A DNA stretch of 64,000 nucleotides, taken from Alicyclobacillus sp. GTDB taxonomy: Bacteria; Bacillota; Bacilli; Alicyclobacillales; Alicyclobacillaceae. The notes under the pieces are model-generated. The model searched no databases. It saw only the letters and a program-made list of their open reading frames with translations, and had not been told where the DNA came from. Shown in pieces: positions 43,958 through 52,697 of the stretch. Positions within the stretch are counted from its first letter, which is position 1, and each line of letters starts with the position of its first letter. The stretch lies in assembly GCA_023511295.1 (NCBI GenBank), contig JAIMBT010000019.1, forward strand, positions 4,241-68,240, given 5' to 3'. The translations under genes were made by a program, and so were the position numbers.

Positions 43958-43989
43958 GATGACCCAACCCGCATGGGAAGGTCTCTTCG

Positions 43990-44745
43990 CTACCTACCCG
44001 CCGCCTGGTCGGCGGCCTCGTGCAGGGCGAGGATGCGTTGTGCCGGATTCCGGTCGAACGTCCCACCGTGGTAGCAGATGACGGTCCGCACGTCGAAGGG
44101 CACCAGTTTGCCCAGCGACTTCAGCGCCTGTGCCATGTCCGGAGTCGCTCCCTCAGCGGGCCCTTCCAGTTCTCCGTCGACCACGCGCAACTCGTCGCCG
44201 GAGATCAGCAACCCCTCCGACGGCACGAACAGACTGATGTGCCCCGGGGTGTGGCCCGGGGTGTGAATCACCTGAACCCCGCCGTGGAACGGCAGGGTCT
44301 CGCCGCCGTGCAGGATATGGTCGACGTGTGCGTGCGGCGGGTGATCTAGGATGCGCATCGCCATCTCCTTCCGGTCCTCCGGCAACTGCTCAAACAACTT
44401 CTCCATTCGATCCCGATTCATCTTCATGAGCGGCCGCTCCCCCTGGATGTACGGGACATCGTCGTTGTGCGCCCACACCTCGACTCCGTCCAGGGCTTCG
44501 ACCAATTCCGGTAGCGAGCCGATGTGGTCGATGTCCTGATGGGTCAGGATGATGTGCCGGATGTCCGCAAAGCGCACACCGGCGGCTTCCACAGCTTGGC
44601 GGATGGCGTCCAACTGGCCGGGCATGCCGGTATCCACCAGGACAGCTCCCTGCTCGTCCCACAACAGCACGGGGTAGATGGAGCTGCGGCTGCCGCCGAG
44701 ATCCATGGTCAGTTCCAACGCTTCCATCTGGTTACCCAGTTTCAT
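43990..44745 (-). CDS. MBL-fold metallo-hydrolase
   Basis: 251 aa. Metal motif ILTHQDIDHIGS (HxHxDH variant) and later HTPGHTPGH. RBS GGAGGTGA. Confidence 0.85.
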   Translation of the reverse strand: MKLGNQMEALELTMDLGGSRSSIYPVLLWDEQGAVLVDTGMPGQLDAIRQAVEAAGVRFADIRHIILTHQDIDHIGSLPELVEALDGVEVWAHNDDVPYIQGERPLMKMNRDRMEKLFEQLPEDRKEMAMRILDHPPHAHVDHILHGGETLPFHGGVQVIHTPGHTPGHISLFVPSEGLLISGDELRVVDGELEGPAEGATPDMAQALKSLGKLVPFDVRTVICYHGGTFDRNPAQRILALHEAADQAAGR

Positions 44746-44903
44746 CTCGTCACCTCCAGAAAGTCCGCGACGTGTCCAACAGAGGCGCGCAGTAACGCCG
44801 TCGGTCGCACGGCCACACGTCTAGGATACCGCGGAGGCGCTCAAATCACGCAGACGTGTCCCCGTGGCCGTAGGGCAGGCGGTTCGTCCGCTGCCGTGCG
44901 TTG

Positions 44904-46091
44904 TCAGCGCTGCGACAGCCCCCTCTCGTCTGCACCGCCCGCGTCGTACACCGCATCGAGTATCCGGCGGTAGTCCGCAAGGGATACTGGGCGGACGTTC
45001 GAGGGGGTCGAGTTGTTTGCAAACGCCAGCTCGGCCAGTTGATCAAAATCCTCGCGGCGGACGCCCGGCAGGTCGCAGAGGCGAGGGATGCCGAGATGGG
45101 CCGTGAAGCGCCGGATGCCGTTCAGCAGCTGCTCAACCGCGACGCCGTCCCCGTCGGTCGCGTCTGCGAAGCCCATCGTCCGCGCCAGTTCCGCGTGCAT
45201 CGCCGGGTTGACCGGCGCGTTGAAGCGGAGGACCTCCGGGAGAAAGACGGCGTTCGCCACTCCGTGCGGTGTATCGTAGAGGCCGCCCAGCGCCTCTGCC
45301 AGGCAGTGGACCGCCGCCACGTCGGAAGCGCCAAAACACAGGCCCGCCAGCAGGCTGCCGACGAGCATCTCCGTCCGCGCCTCGACGTCCTGGCCGTCGG
45401 CGTACGCCCGCGGAAGCGCCGGCACAATTCGGCGCATGGCCTCCAGCCCGAACGCGCGCGTGATGGGCGACGCGAGGGTGCAGGTGGAGCCTTCGATGGC
45501 GTGGACCAAGGCGTCGACGCCAGTCGCAGCGGTCACAGAAGGAGGGACGGTGAGGGTGAGGAGCGGATCGAGAATGGCGAGCTTCGGGCGCAGCGCGGCC
45601 GCCTTCAACGTCAGCTTGCGGTGTGTCGCGGCTTCGGTGATGACGGCGGACCGAGTCACTTCCGATCCGGTCCCGGCTGTGGTCGGCACACACACGACGG
45701 GGGCTGGGGTGGCGTAGCGGCGCAGACCGTCAGCGTATTCCACCGGCTTGCCACCGTGGGCGCCGATGAGCGCGATGGCCTTGGCGGTGTCCATCGCGCT
45801 GCCGCCGCCGACACCAACCACGACCTCGATGCCCTCCGCTCGGAACTGTTCCGCCCCCACCAGGCAGTCGGTGTCCCGCGGATTGGGCGCCACCTGGTTG
45901 AAGCGCGTGACAGTGTGTCCTGCAGCCTGCAGGGCATCGACGAGGGGCTCCACCAAACCCGCCCGCTCGACGCCGGGGTCGGTAACCACCAGCACGCGGG
46001 CTGCGGTCTGGAGTTCACCCACGCGTTGGCCAATCGCGTTCGCTTCCCCGACCCCAAAATGGATGGACGTATCCATCTGGTATCTGAACAT
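44904..46091 (-). CDS. Iron-containing (group III) alcohol dehydrogenase
   Basis: 395 aa. GGGSAMDTAKA motif and His-rich metal site (...DALVHAIE..., ...HCLAEALGGLYDTPHGVANA...). RBS GAGGAGGG. Confidence 0.9.
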   Translation of the reverse strand: MFRYQMDTSIHFGVGEANAIGQRVGELQTAARVLVVTDPGVERAGLVEPLVDALQAAGHTVTRFNQVAPNPRDTDCLVGAEQFRAEGIEVVVGVGGGSAMDTAKAIALIGAHGGKPVEYADGLRRYATPAPVVCVPTTAGTGSEVTRSAVITEAATHRKLTLKAAALRPKLAILDPLLTLTVPPSVTAATGVDALVHAIEGSTCTLASPITRAFGLEAMRRIVPALPRAYADGQDVEARTEMLVGSLLAGLCFGASDVAAVHCLAEALGGLYDTPHGVANAVFLPEVLRFNAPVNPAMHAELARTMGFADATDGDGVAVEQLLNGIRRFTAHLGIPRLCDLPGVRREDFDQLAELAFANNSTPSNVRPVSLADYRRILDAVYDAGGADERGLSQR

Positions 46092-46151
46092 CTCGGTACC
46101 CTCCTCGGTTCACAATGGTCCGGTTCGACACGATTTCACAGTTGCGGAAAT

Positions 46152-46160
46152 TGGTATAAT
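46152..46160 (+). promoter_or_regulatory. Extended -10 element TGGTATAAT, candidate promoter of the membrane kinase gene
   Basis: Exact TGnTATAAT, about 187 nt upstream of ATG 46347. Weak -35. Confidence 0.35.
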
Positions 46161-46346
46161 CAATGTACGCTCGGTGTTCCGTCTGTTCGCCGCTGCGGAG
46201 TGCCCGACGCGTCACGCAGGCGCGGTTCGGTTTTCGGATGGCGGTAACCCGATTGTGCACCGAGGGGCGCTGTGGGTCAACGAGATTTCCCGGGTGGGTT
46301 CTGCGAGCGGGTGTCTTCGCAGCGATACAGAAGGGGTCTAGACGTC

Positions 46347-47852
46347 ATGGGCACTGAAACGTTGTTGATGGATTTGTTCTGCGTGTTCGCGCCGCTGTGC
46401 GGGTTGGAGTTGTTTCAGTACCGCAGGTCGCGCGCGCGGCCGAGCACCGAGACCCGACCGTGGATCTTGGCCGCCATCCTGACGGCCTCCGCTGTCGCGA
46501 GCGCCCTGTTCAACTTTGGCATCTCGAACGGCGTCAAAGTGAATCTCTGCATTGTTCCCCTGAGCTTGAGTTTTGCACTTCTGACCTGGCTCCCGGGCGT
46601 GGCCGTCGTCACCGTGTACGTCCTGGCGCAGGTCGGCGAGTCCTGGGCCCGTTTGGCGCAGACGGTTCCGTGGGCGTCGGCGGCACGCGAGTTGGCCACG
46701 CGGTTGCCCGCCGCTCTCGTCATGGTCGCGGGATTCACGGCGATGATGCTGGTCTGCCAGCGCCTCGCGCGCGGCCGGTCCGTGTCGGTCCAATCGGCGT
46801 GGTTCGTCACGGGGCTCGCGGTCTATGCTGGACTTGACTACGTGTACATCTATCGCTTCTCCGCCATGCATCCACTGTTGCAGGTCGGCTTTGTCAGTTT
46901 CGCGTCGTACGTGCTCCTCTTTACCCTGAGCTTCCTGGCGGCATTCCGGTTTGTGGTCGCTGGACAGAATGTCCGTGCACGGGCGTGTGACGAACTGCGC
47001 AGTCAGAAGCTTGAACTCCTCAGCCAGTTATCCTCCTCCGTGGCCCACGAGATCCGCAACCCCATCACCGTCGTCCGCGGATTCGCGCAGCTGATGTTGG
47101 ATACCGAGTATGACCGAGCGCGGACCGTGCAGTTCCTGAACCTGATGCTCGCCGAGCTCAACCGCGCGGAAGGGATTATCGGGAACTACCTGCAACTGTC
47201 GAAGCGCTCCATCGACGGCACGTCGACGGAGGTGAATCTGTCCCAGGCGCTGGAGTACGTCGTCGACATCCTCACTCCCTACGCAGCCAGCCGCAATGTT
47301 CAACTGAACCGCCACATCGCCCAAGACCTGGTGGTATTCGGCAGTCCGTCGTACCTCAACCAGGCGTTGGTCAATCTCGTAAAGAACGCGATTGAATCGC
47401 ACGAGCGCCCGGGCCGGGTTGACGTCCGCGCTCAATCGTGTGACCGCTGGGTCGTCCTGACCATCTCCGACCGAGGGCGGGGGATATCGCGGGCGGAGTT
47501 GAGTCGACTGGGAGAGCCATACTACTCGACCAAGTCGCAGGGCACGGGGTTGGGGCTGACGCTGGCGTACAAGGTGGTGTACGACATGGGCGGAAAGATA
47601 GAGGTTCAGAGCCGCGAAGGGGTCGGGACAACATTCACGCTTCGGATGCCAGAAATGCGCCACTTCAAGGTCGAAGGGGCGCGCGCCCTTCCCGCGCGGC
47701 AGGAGCCGGAACGACAAGCCGGAACGCCAGCAGCGAGGGAGTTGGCGGAGAACGTGGATTCGCGCGGTGTGCCCGGCCCATACGCCCCCACAGCCACGTC
47801 CGAAGGGTACGCACCTGACCCGGAGCCGCTCCTTCACGATGCGGTCCGGTAG
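46347..47852 (+). CDS. Membrane-anchored sensor histidine kinase, sporulation-kinase (KinB) type, no adjacent response regulator
   Basis: Trimmed to ATG 46347. About 6 N-terminal TM segments, H-box SSSVAHEIRNPITVVRGFAQLM, HATPase boxes (NLVKNAIES, DRGRGI, GTGLGL). Confidence 0.85.
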   Translation: MGTETLLMDLFCVFAPLCGLELFQYRRSRARPSTETRPWILAAILTASAVASALFNFGISNGVKVNLCIVPLSLSFALLTWLPGVAVVTVYVLAQVGESWARLAQTVPWASAARELATRLPAALVMVAGFTAMMLVCQRLARGRSVSVQSAWFVTGLAVYAGLDYVYIYRFSAMHPLLQVGFVSFASYVLLFTLSFLAAFRFVVAGQNVRARACDELRSQKLELLSQLSSSVAHEIRNPITVVRGFAQLMLDTEYDRARTVQFLNLMLAELNRAEGIIGNYLQLSKRSIDGTSTEVNLSQALEYVVDILTPYAASRNVQLNRHIAQDLVVFGSPSYLNQALVNLVKNAIESHERPGRVDVRAQSCDRWVVLTISDRGRGISRAELSRLGEPYYSTKSQGTGLGLTLAYKVVYDMGGKIEVQSREGVGTTFTLRMPEMRHFKVEGARALPARQEPERQAGTPAARELAENVDSRGVPGPYAPTATSEGYAPDPEPLLHDAVR

Positions 47853-47929
47853 GCGCGCCGAGGAACATGGCAGCCGTCTGGGGCTCCTTTCGGAGGGGCC
47901 GGTGCAGATCAACGGAAGGGAACCATAGG

Positions 47930-47996
47930 TTCTCCACATGCCTGTGGGTAACCGCAGTGGATTGTGTGGATAACCTCCTGTGGACCATGTGGACAA
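47930..47996. promoter_or_regulatory. Second cluster of DnaA-box-like 9-mers (one perfect, three with one mismatch)
   Basis: TTCTCCACA 47930-47938, TGTGGGTAA 47943-47951, TGTGGATAA 47965-47973 (perfect, inverted), TGTGGACCA 47979-47987, TGTGGACAA 47988-47996. Lies in the 263-nt gap between the kinase and the GPH transporter gene. Confidence 0.5.
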
Positions 47997-48115
47997 GCGA
48001 AGTCGCCGCGTCTGAGTGGATGTTTCGGAAACGGGACAGGATGGTCTCCATGGCGGGCTGCCCTTGGTTCGAGGCGAGTCTCCCTCGGGGATACCGGGGA
48101 TATACGAGGTGACCT

Positions 48116-49486
48116 ATGGAGAATCAGGCGGTTGTGGACAAGCCGAGGTTGTCCACAACGAAGATGGTGTCGTACGCGAGCGGATCTATCCCCGCCAATC
48201 TGGTCAGCCTGGCGTTTTCGTCGTACGTGCAGTTCTACTACACCGACGTATTGGGGGGCAACCCGGCGTGGGTGGGGATTGCAATGACCATCCAGTCCGT
48301 CTACGCCACCCTGTTGTACCCGTTCCTCGGGTACCTGTCCGACCGCACGCAATCCCGCTGGGGTCGGCGCGTACCGTTCATCCTGTACGGGGCCATCCCA
48401 CTCGGCGTCGCCTTCATGCTGGTGTGGCTGGCGCCGATTCCGCCGTCGCGCGTGTGGCTCTTCACCGGGTACTTTTTCGTCACGTCGATTCTCTATGACA
48501 CCCTGTTCAACCTGACCATGGTGAACTGGTCGGCGCTCTTTCCGGAGATGTTCCGGAGCTCTGGCGAGCGGTCGATTGCCTCCGCGTGGAAGCAGATGTT
48601 TGGCATCGTCGGGTTGGTCGCCGGGCTCGCGCTGCCGCAGGCCATCGCGCAGTCCGTCGGTTGGCCGTTGATGGGCATCCTCTTTGGCGTGCTGAGCAGC
48701 GCGACCTTGCTCACCACCATCCCCAGCATGGAGTTGCGGAAGCGGCGCCAGGCACAACGCCATCGGTCTGCCGCAGAGACGTCGGCGGAGGTGGCGCTGC
48801 CGGTCTGGCAGGCGCTGCGCCATACGCTGGTGAACCGGTCGTTCGTGACGTTCGTCTGCATGCGGTTCTTCGTCCAATTGGCCTTCACCATGTTGACGGC
48901 TGATCTGTCGTACTACGCCAAATACAACCTCGGCATCAGCGGCACCCAGCAGTCGCTTTTGCTGCTCGGCACGCTCGTCGTCGCACTGCCGCTGGTCTAC
49001 GTGTGGGGGGCGGTCGTGCCGAAGATGGGCGCGTTTGCGACGGAGATGCTGGCCATCCTGTGCTTCGGCGCGGCCCTGATTCCGTTCTACTTCGCACACA
49101 CGTTTCACGCGGCACTCATCTGCGGTCTGCTGTTGGGCGTTGGGCTGTCGGGTATCCTGATGATGACCGACGTACTCATTTCTGACGTGATTGACGAAGA
49201 TCAACTTCGCACAGGCAAGCGCCGCGAAGGGATGTTCTACAGCATCCACGGCATCATCGTCGGCTTGTGCAATCCCGCTCAGGCCCTGATTACGACGACG
49301 GTCCTTGTCGCCACTGGCTACCGGAGTGACGCCGTGCAGACCGCTCAGGCCCTGTTCGGCATGCGTACGCTCATCACGGTGATCCCGATTGGCGGCGTCG
49401 TGGTGGGACTGCTCTTCCTGGCCTTCTACCCACTCCGGAAGCGGCAGGTGGCCGCGCAGCAGGCCGCCTTGCGGCGACACGGCTGA
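48116..49486 (+). CDS. Glycoside-pentoside-hexuronide (GPH) family cation symporter (MFS fold)
   Basis: 456 aa, 12 TM-like segments. The N-terminal block ...YASGSIPANLVSLAFSSYVQFYYTDVLG...LSDRTQSRWGRRVPF is typical of MelB/GPH transporters. RBS GAGGTGA. Confidence 0.85.
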   Translation: MENQAVVDKPRLSTTKMVSYASGSIPANLVSLAFSSYVQFYYTDVLGGNPAWVGIAMTIQSVYATLLYPFLGYLSDRTQSRWGRRVPFILYGAIPLGVAFMLVWLAPIPPSRVWLFTGYFFVTSILYDTLFNLTMVNWSALFPEMFRSSGERSIASAWKQMFGIVGLVAGLALPQAIAQSVGWPLMGILFGVLSSATLLTTIPSMELRKRRQAQRHRSAAETSAEVALPVWQALRHTLVNRSFVTFVCMRFFVQLAFTMLTADLSYYAKYNLGISGTQQSLLLLGTLVVALPLVYVWGAVVPKMGAFATEMLAILCFGAALIPFYFAHTFHAALICGLLLGVGLSGILMMTDVLISDVIDEDQLRTGKRREGMFYSIHGIIVGLCNPAQALITTTVLVATGYRSDAVQTAQALFGMRTLITVIPIGGVVVGLLFLAFYPLRKRQVAAQQAALRRHG

Positions 49487-49652
49487 GCCAATCGCGGTGT
49501 CGGAGCGGCGGCGCTGGGCAGTGTCGAGTGCGCCGGTCCAACGAGATCGAAACAACCCGGGCTTGGGGTGTGCCGGGCGAAATTGCCCGGGAAATGACGG
49601 CTGCTGTCGAATCGGGTTCGCCCGGCGGCAGCGTACAGGGAGGATGACACAA

Positions 49653-50402
49653 ATGGGAATCGAATCGCTGGCTTCGCTGATGCCGGTACCAGACCTCTTG
49701 CAGGCCAGGCGGGTGCTGTGCATCCAGCCGCACCCGGACGACATCGACGTGGCGTGTGGGGGTACGGTGGCGCGTTTGGCGGATGCGGGCGCAGAGGTCA
49801 TCTACCTGACGGTGACGGACGGCGGAGCGGGCACGGTCGAGCCGCGGGATGAGTCGGAACTAGCCGCCATCCGTCAACAGGAGCAGAGGCAAGCGGGACA
49901 TATCCTCGGCGTTCGCGACTACCGCTGGCTCGAGTATCGCGATGCGGACTACCTCCCCCCGCAAGATCTGCAGTTGGACTTGATTGCGGCCATTCGGGAG
50001 GTACAACCGGATACGGTCATCACGCTGGACCCGTGGCTCCCGTACGAAGCCCACCCGGCGCACCGCAACGTTGGCCTGTGCGCTGCGGCTGCGGTACTGT
50101 TCAGCGGCATGGGCAACATCGGCGGTCGGACGGCGGCGCCGCACGGCGTGTCGACGGTTGCCTTCGCCTTTACGGCGCGGTCGAACCAGTTGGTCGACGT
50201 GACGCAGGTGTGGGAACGCAAAGAACAGGCCATCCGCGCCCACGCGAGCCAGTTTCCGGAGGCCACGTGGGGATTTTACGGTACGTACTTTCGTCAGCGC
50301 GCGGCGCTCTACGGCGAGCAGGCGGGGTGCGCCTTGGCGGAAGCCCTCAAGGTATTCACTCCGATGCACCTGCACTGCAACGTGGACGCGGAGTGGCTGT
50401 AA
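49653..50402 (+). CDS. PIG-L/LmbE-family N-acetylglucosaminyl deacetylase
   Basis: Motif VLCIQPHPDDIDVACGGTVARL and a later HPAH block. Start set at ATG 49653, 9 nt after GGGAGG. ATG 49644 abuts the SD. Confidence 0.8.
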   Translation: MGIESLASLMPVPDLLQARRVLCIQPHPDDIDVACGGTVARLADAGAEVIYLTVTDGGAGTVEPRDESELAAIRQQEQRQAGHILGVRDYRWLEYRDADYLPPQDLQLDLIAAIREVQPDTVITLDPWLPYEAHPAHRNVGLCAAAAVLFSGMGNIGGRTAAPHGVSTVAFAFTARSNQLVDVTQVWERKEQAIRAHASQFPEATWGFYGTYFRQRAALYGEQAGCALAEALKVFTPMHLHCNVDAEWL

Positions 50403-50419
50403 CGGCGGGGCGCACGGGT

Positions 50420-51748
50420 TCAACCTTCCGTGCGCCGACGCTGGCAGACCGACTGCAGCCACCTGGCACTGTCCTTCCAGATGCGCGCCTGTGTGGGGTA
50501 GTCCACGTACAACACGCCGAACCGCTTGCTGTACCCGAAGGCCCACTCGAAGTTGTCGAGGAGCGACCACACGAACCAGCCGCGTACGTCGGCACCCGCT
50601 GCCCGGGCAGCTAAGGCCGCTTCCAAGTGCTCGCGGAGGAATGCCACGCGGTTTGCGTCGTGCACGTCACGCCCGGTGAGCACGTCTGGATACGCCGCTC
50701 CGTTCTCCGTGATGTAGACCGGTAAGTTTGGCGCTTCTGCGTGCAGGTCAAGCAGCAATTGGTGGAGGCCGTCCGGATCAACGCCCCACCCCATGGCCGT
50801 TCGGGTCTGCCCAGGTTCTTCCATAGAGGCGCCGAGAAGCGGGTCGGACGGGCTGGCGGAGGCGATGGTTGAACGGTAGTAATTGACGCCGAGAAAGTCG
50901 ATGGGTTGCGAAACAATGGCGAAGTCGCCCGGCTGAACGACGCGGTCCACTCCGGCCTCCCGCAACAAGTCTGGGTAGCGGCGGTGCAATACGGGTTCGA
51001 GAAACCACCGGTTGGACACAGCGTCGACGCGAGCCGCGGCTGCCCGGTCCGCCGCGGCGCCTGTCTTCGGGCGCACGGGTGAGAGGACGTTTGTCAGGCC
51101 TATCTGTGCGCCGGGAAGGTTCTCGGCCCGGAACGCCTGTACGGCGAAGCCGTGACCCAGCAACAGGTGGTGCGAGACCGCGACGGCCGTCTCCAGGCTC
51201 TGCAGCCCAGGGGCGTGCTCACCGAGGACGTGCCCCATGAGGGTGTATGTTCCCGGTTCGTTGAGGGTGATGAAGTGTGGAATGAGGGAACCCAACCGGC
51301 GAAAGACGGTGTGCGCATAGTCGGCGAACCGAAGTGCGGTGTCCCGGTTCGCCCACCCGCCCCGCTCTTGCAAAGCCGCCGGCAAGTCCCAGTGAAACAG
51401 GGTTGCGAACGGGCGAATTCCGGCGTCGAGCAGGGACTCCGCGAGCCGTTGGTAGAAATCCAAGCCGCGTTCGTTCAGCCGGCTGTCGCCATTCGGGTAG
51501 AGGCGCGGCCAGGCGATGGAGAAGCGATAGGCGTCGAGTCCGAGGGCCTGCATCTCGCGCACGTCGTCCGCGTAGCGGTGGTAGTGGTCCGCGGCAACAT
51601 CGCCTGTGTCGCCGCCGTGGATGCGCCCCGGCTCGCGGCAGAACACATCCCAGATGGACGGGCCGCGCCCGTCCTCGTCGACCCCGCCTTCAATCTGGTA
51701 GGCGGCAGTCGCGGCGCCAATCAGAAAATCCTCTGGTATGGCCGGCAT
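50420..51748 (-). CDS. GH1 beta-glucosidase
   Basis: Trimmed to ATG 51746-51748 (MPAIPEDFLIGAATAAYQIEGG...). Catalytic motifs TLNEP and YITENGAAY. 442 aa. Confidence 0.9.
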   Translation of the reverse strand: MPAIPEDFLIGAATAAYQIEGGVDEDGRGPSIWDVFCREPGRIHGGDTGDVAADHYHRYADDVREMQALGLDAYRFSIAWPRLYPNGDSRLNERGLDFYQRLAESLLDAGIRPFATLFHWDLPAALQERGGWANRDTALRFADYAHTVFRRLGSLIPHFITLNEPGTYTLMGHVLGEHAPGLQSLETAVAVSHHLLLGHGFAVQAFRAENLPGAQIGLTNVLSPVRPKTGAAADRAAAARVDAVSNRWFLEPVLHRRYPDLLREAGVDRVVQPGDFAIVSQPIDFLGVNYYRSTIASASPSDPLLGASMEEPGQTRTAMGWGVDPDGLHQLLLDLHAEAPNLPVYITENGAAYPDVLTGRDVHDANRVAFLREHLEAALAARAAGADVRGWFVWSLLDNFEWAFGYSKRFGVLYVDYPTQARIWKDSARWLQSVCQRRRTEG

Positions 51749-51830
51749 AGCGTCCAACCTTTCCTCTGCAGATGTCCACGATTTGCCATCAGTATACCAT
51801 TCGCACGAGAGGGGGGAGGACAGCGTGCGG

Positions 51831-52622
51831 ATGATGACCTTCAATCTGCGCGTGCAGTCGCTCGCCGACCTGTGGAATGCCTGGGCGTGGCGCAAACACC
51901 GTGCGGCCACGGTGTTCAAAAGGCATCTTCCAGATATCGCTGGGACCCAGGAAGGATTGCCGCGGATGCTGCAGGACCTGGACCGGGCGTTGCCAGATTA
52001 CCGGCGCATTGGCGAGGGGCGAGAGGTAGGGGGAGGCGGGGAACACTGTGCCATCTTCTACCGCTCGGCCAGCGTCTGTCTGCGTGCGCACGGCCAGTTT
52101 TGGCTGTCAGTGACGCCGAGCGTCCCATCGAAGGGGTGGGGCGCGGCCTGCCCGCGGATATGTACATGGGGATGGTTCCAGGAGGTCCGACCGCCCGAGA
52201 CGGAATGGTTGGTGTTCAACACTCACCTGGACCACCGGAGCACCTGCGCACGTCGGAGGGGCGCCGAGCAGATTGCCTGTGAGATGCAACGGCTGGCGCG
52301 TCAGCACCCTCAGGCCGCCCTCGTTCTGATGGGCGACTGGAACGCGGTTTCCACCGACGAGGCCGTCCGCGGCCTGACCACCCGGTCCGAGTTGCCACTC
52401 GTCGATGCGGCCCAGGCGGCTGGGTGCGCGCCGGGCCCGACCTTTCACGGGTTCCGCGGACCGCGCCGACGGCCCCGCTTGCCAGAAGACGCGTCGGCGA
52501 TAGACTACATCTTCGTCTCCGAGGACGTCGCTGTCACCGGCGTGACGGTCGACAGGGCCCCCGTCGATGGCCGCTACCCGTCCGACCACTACCCGCTTGT
52601 CGCATCGATTCACCAGACTTGA
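51831..52622 (+). CDS. Endonuclease/exonuclease/phosphatase (EEP) family protein
   Basis: MMTFNLRV... N-terminus, ...VLMGDWN..., and C-terminal ...SDHYPLVA. Start candidates are GTG 51825 and ATG 51831/51834, after GGGGGGAGGA. Confidence 0.75.
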   Translation: MMTFNLRVQSLADLWNAWAWRKHRAATVFKRHLPDIAGTQEGLPRMLQDLDRALPDYRRIGEGREVGGGGEHCAIFYRSASVCLRAHGQFWLSVTPSVPSKGWGAACPRICTWGWFQEVRPPETEWLVFNTHLDHRSTCARRRGAEQIACEMQRLARQHPQAALVLMGDWNAVSTDEAVRGLTTRSELPLVDAAQAAGCAPGPTFHGFRGPRRRPRLPEDASAIDYIFVSEDVAVTGVTVDRAPVDGRYPSDHYPLVASIHQT

Positions 52623-52697
52623 TAGACAGTTCAGGATTCTGGTAGTCTGGCAACGACAGTCCGTCCCCGGCGGACGCAGACAGAATGGAGCGATGGT

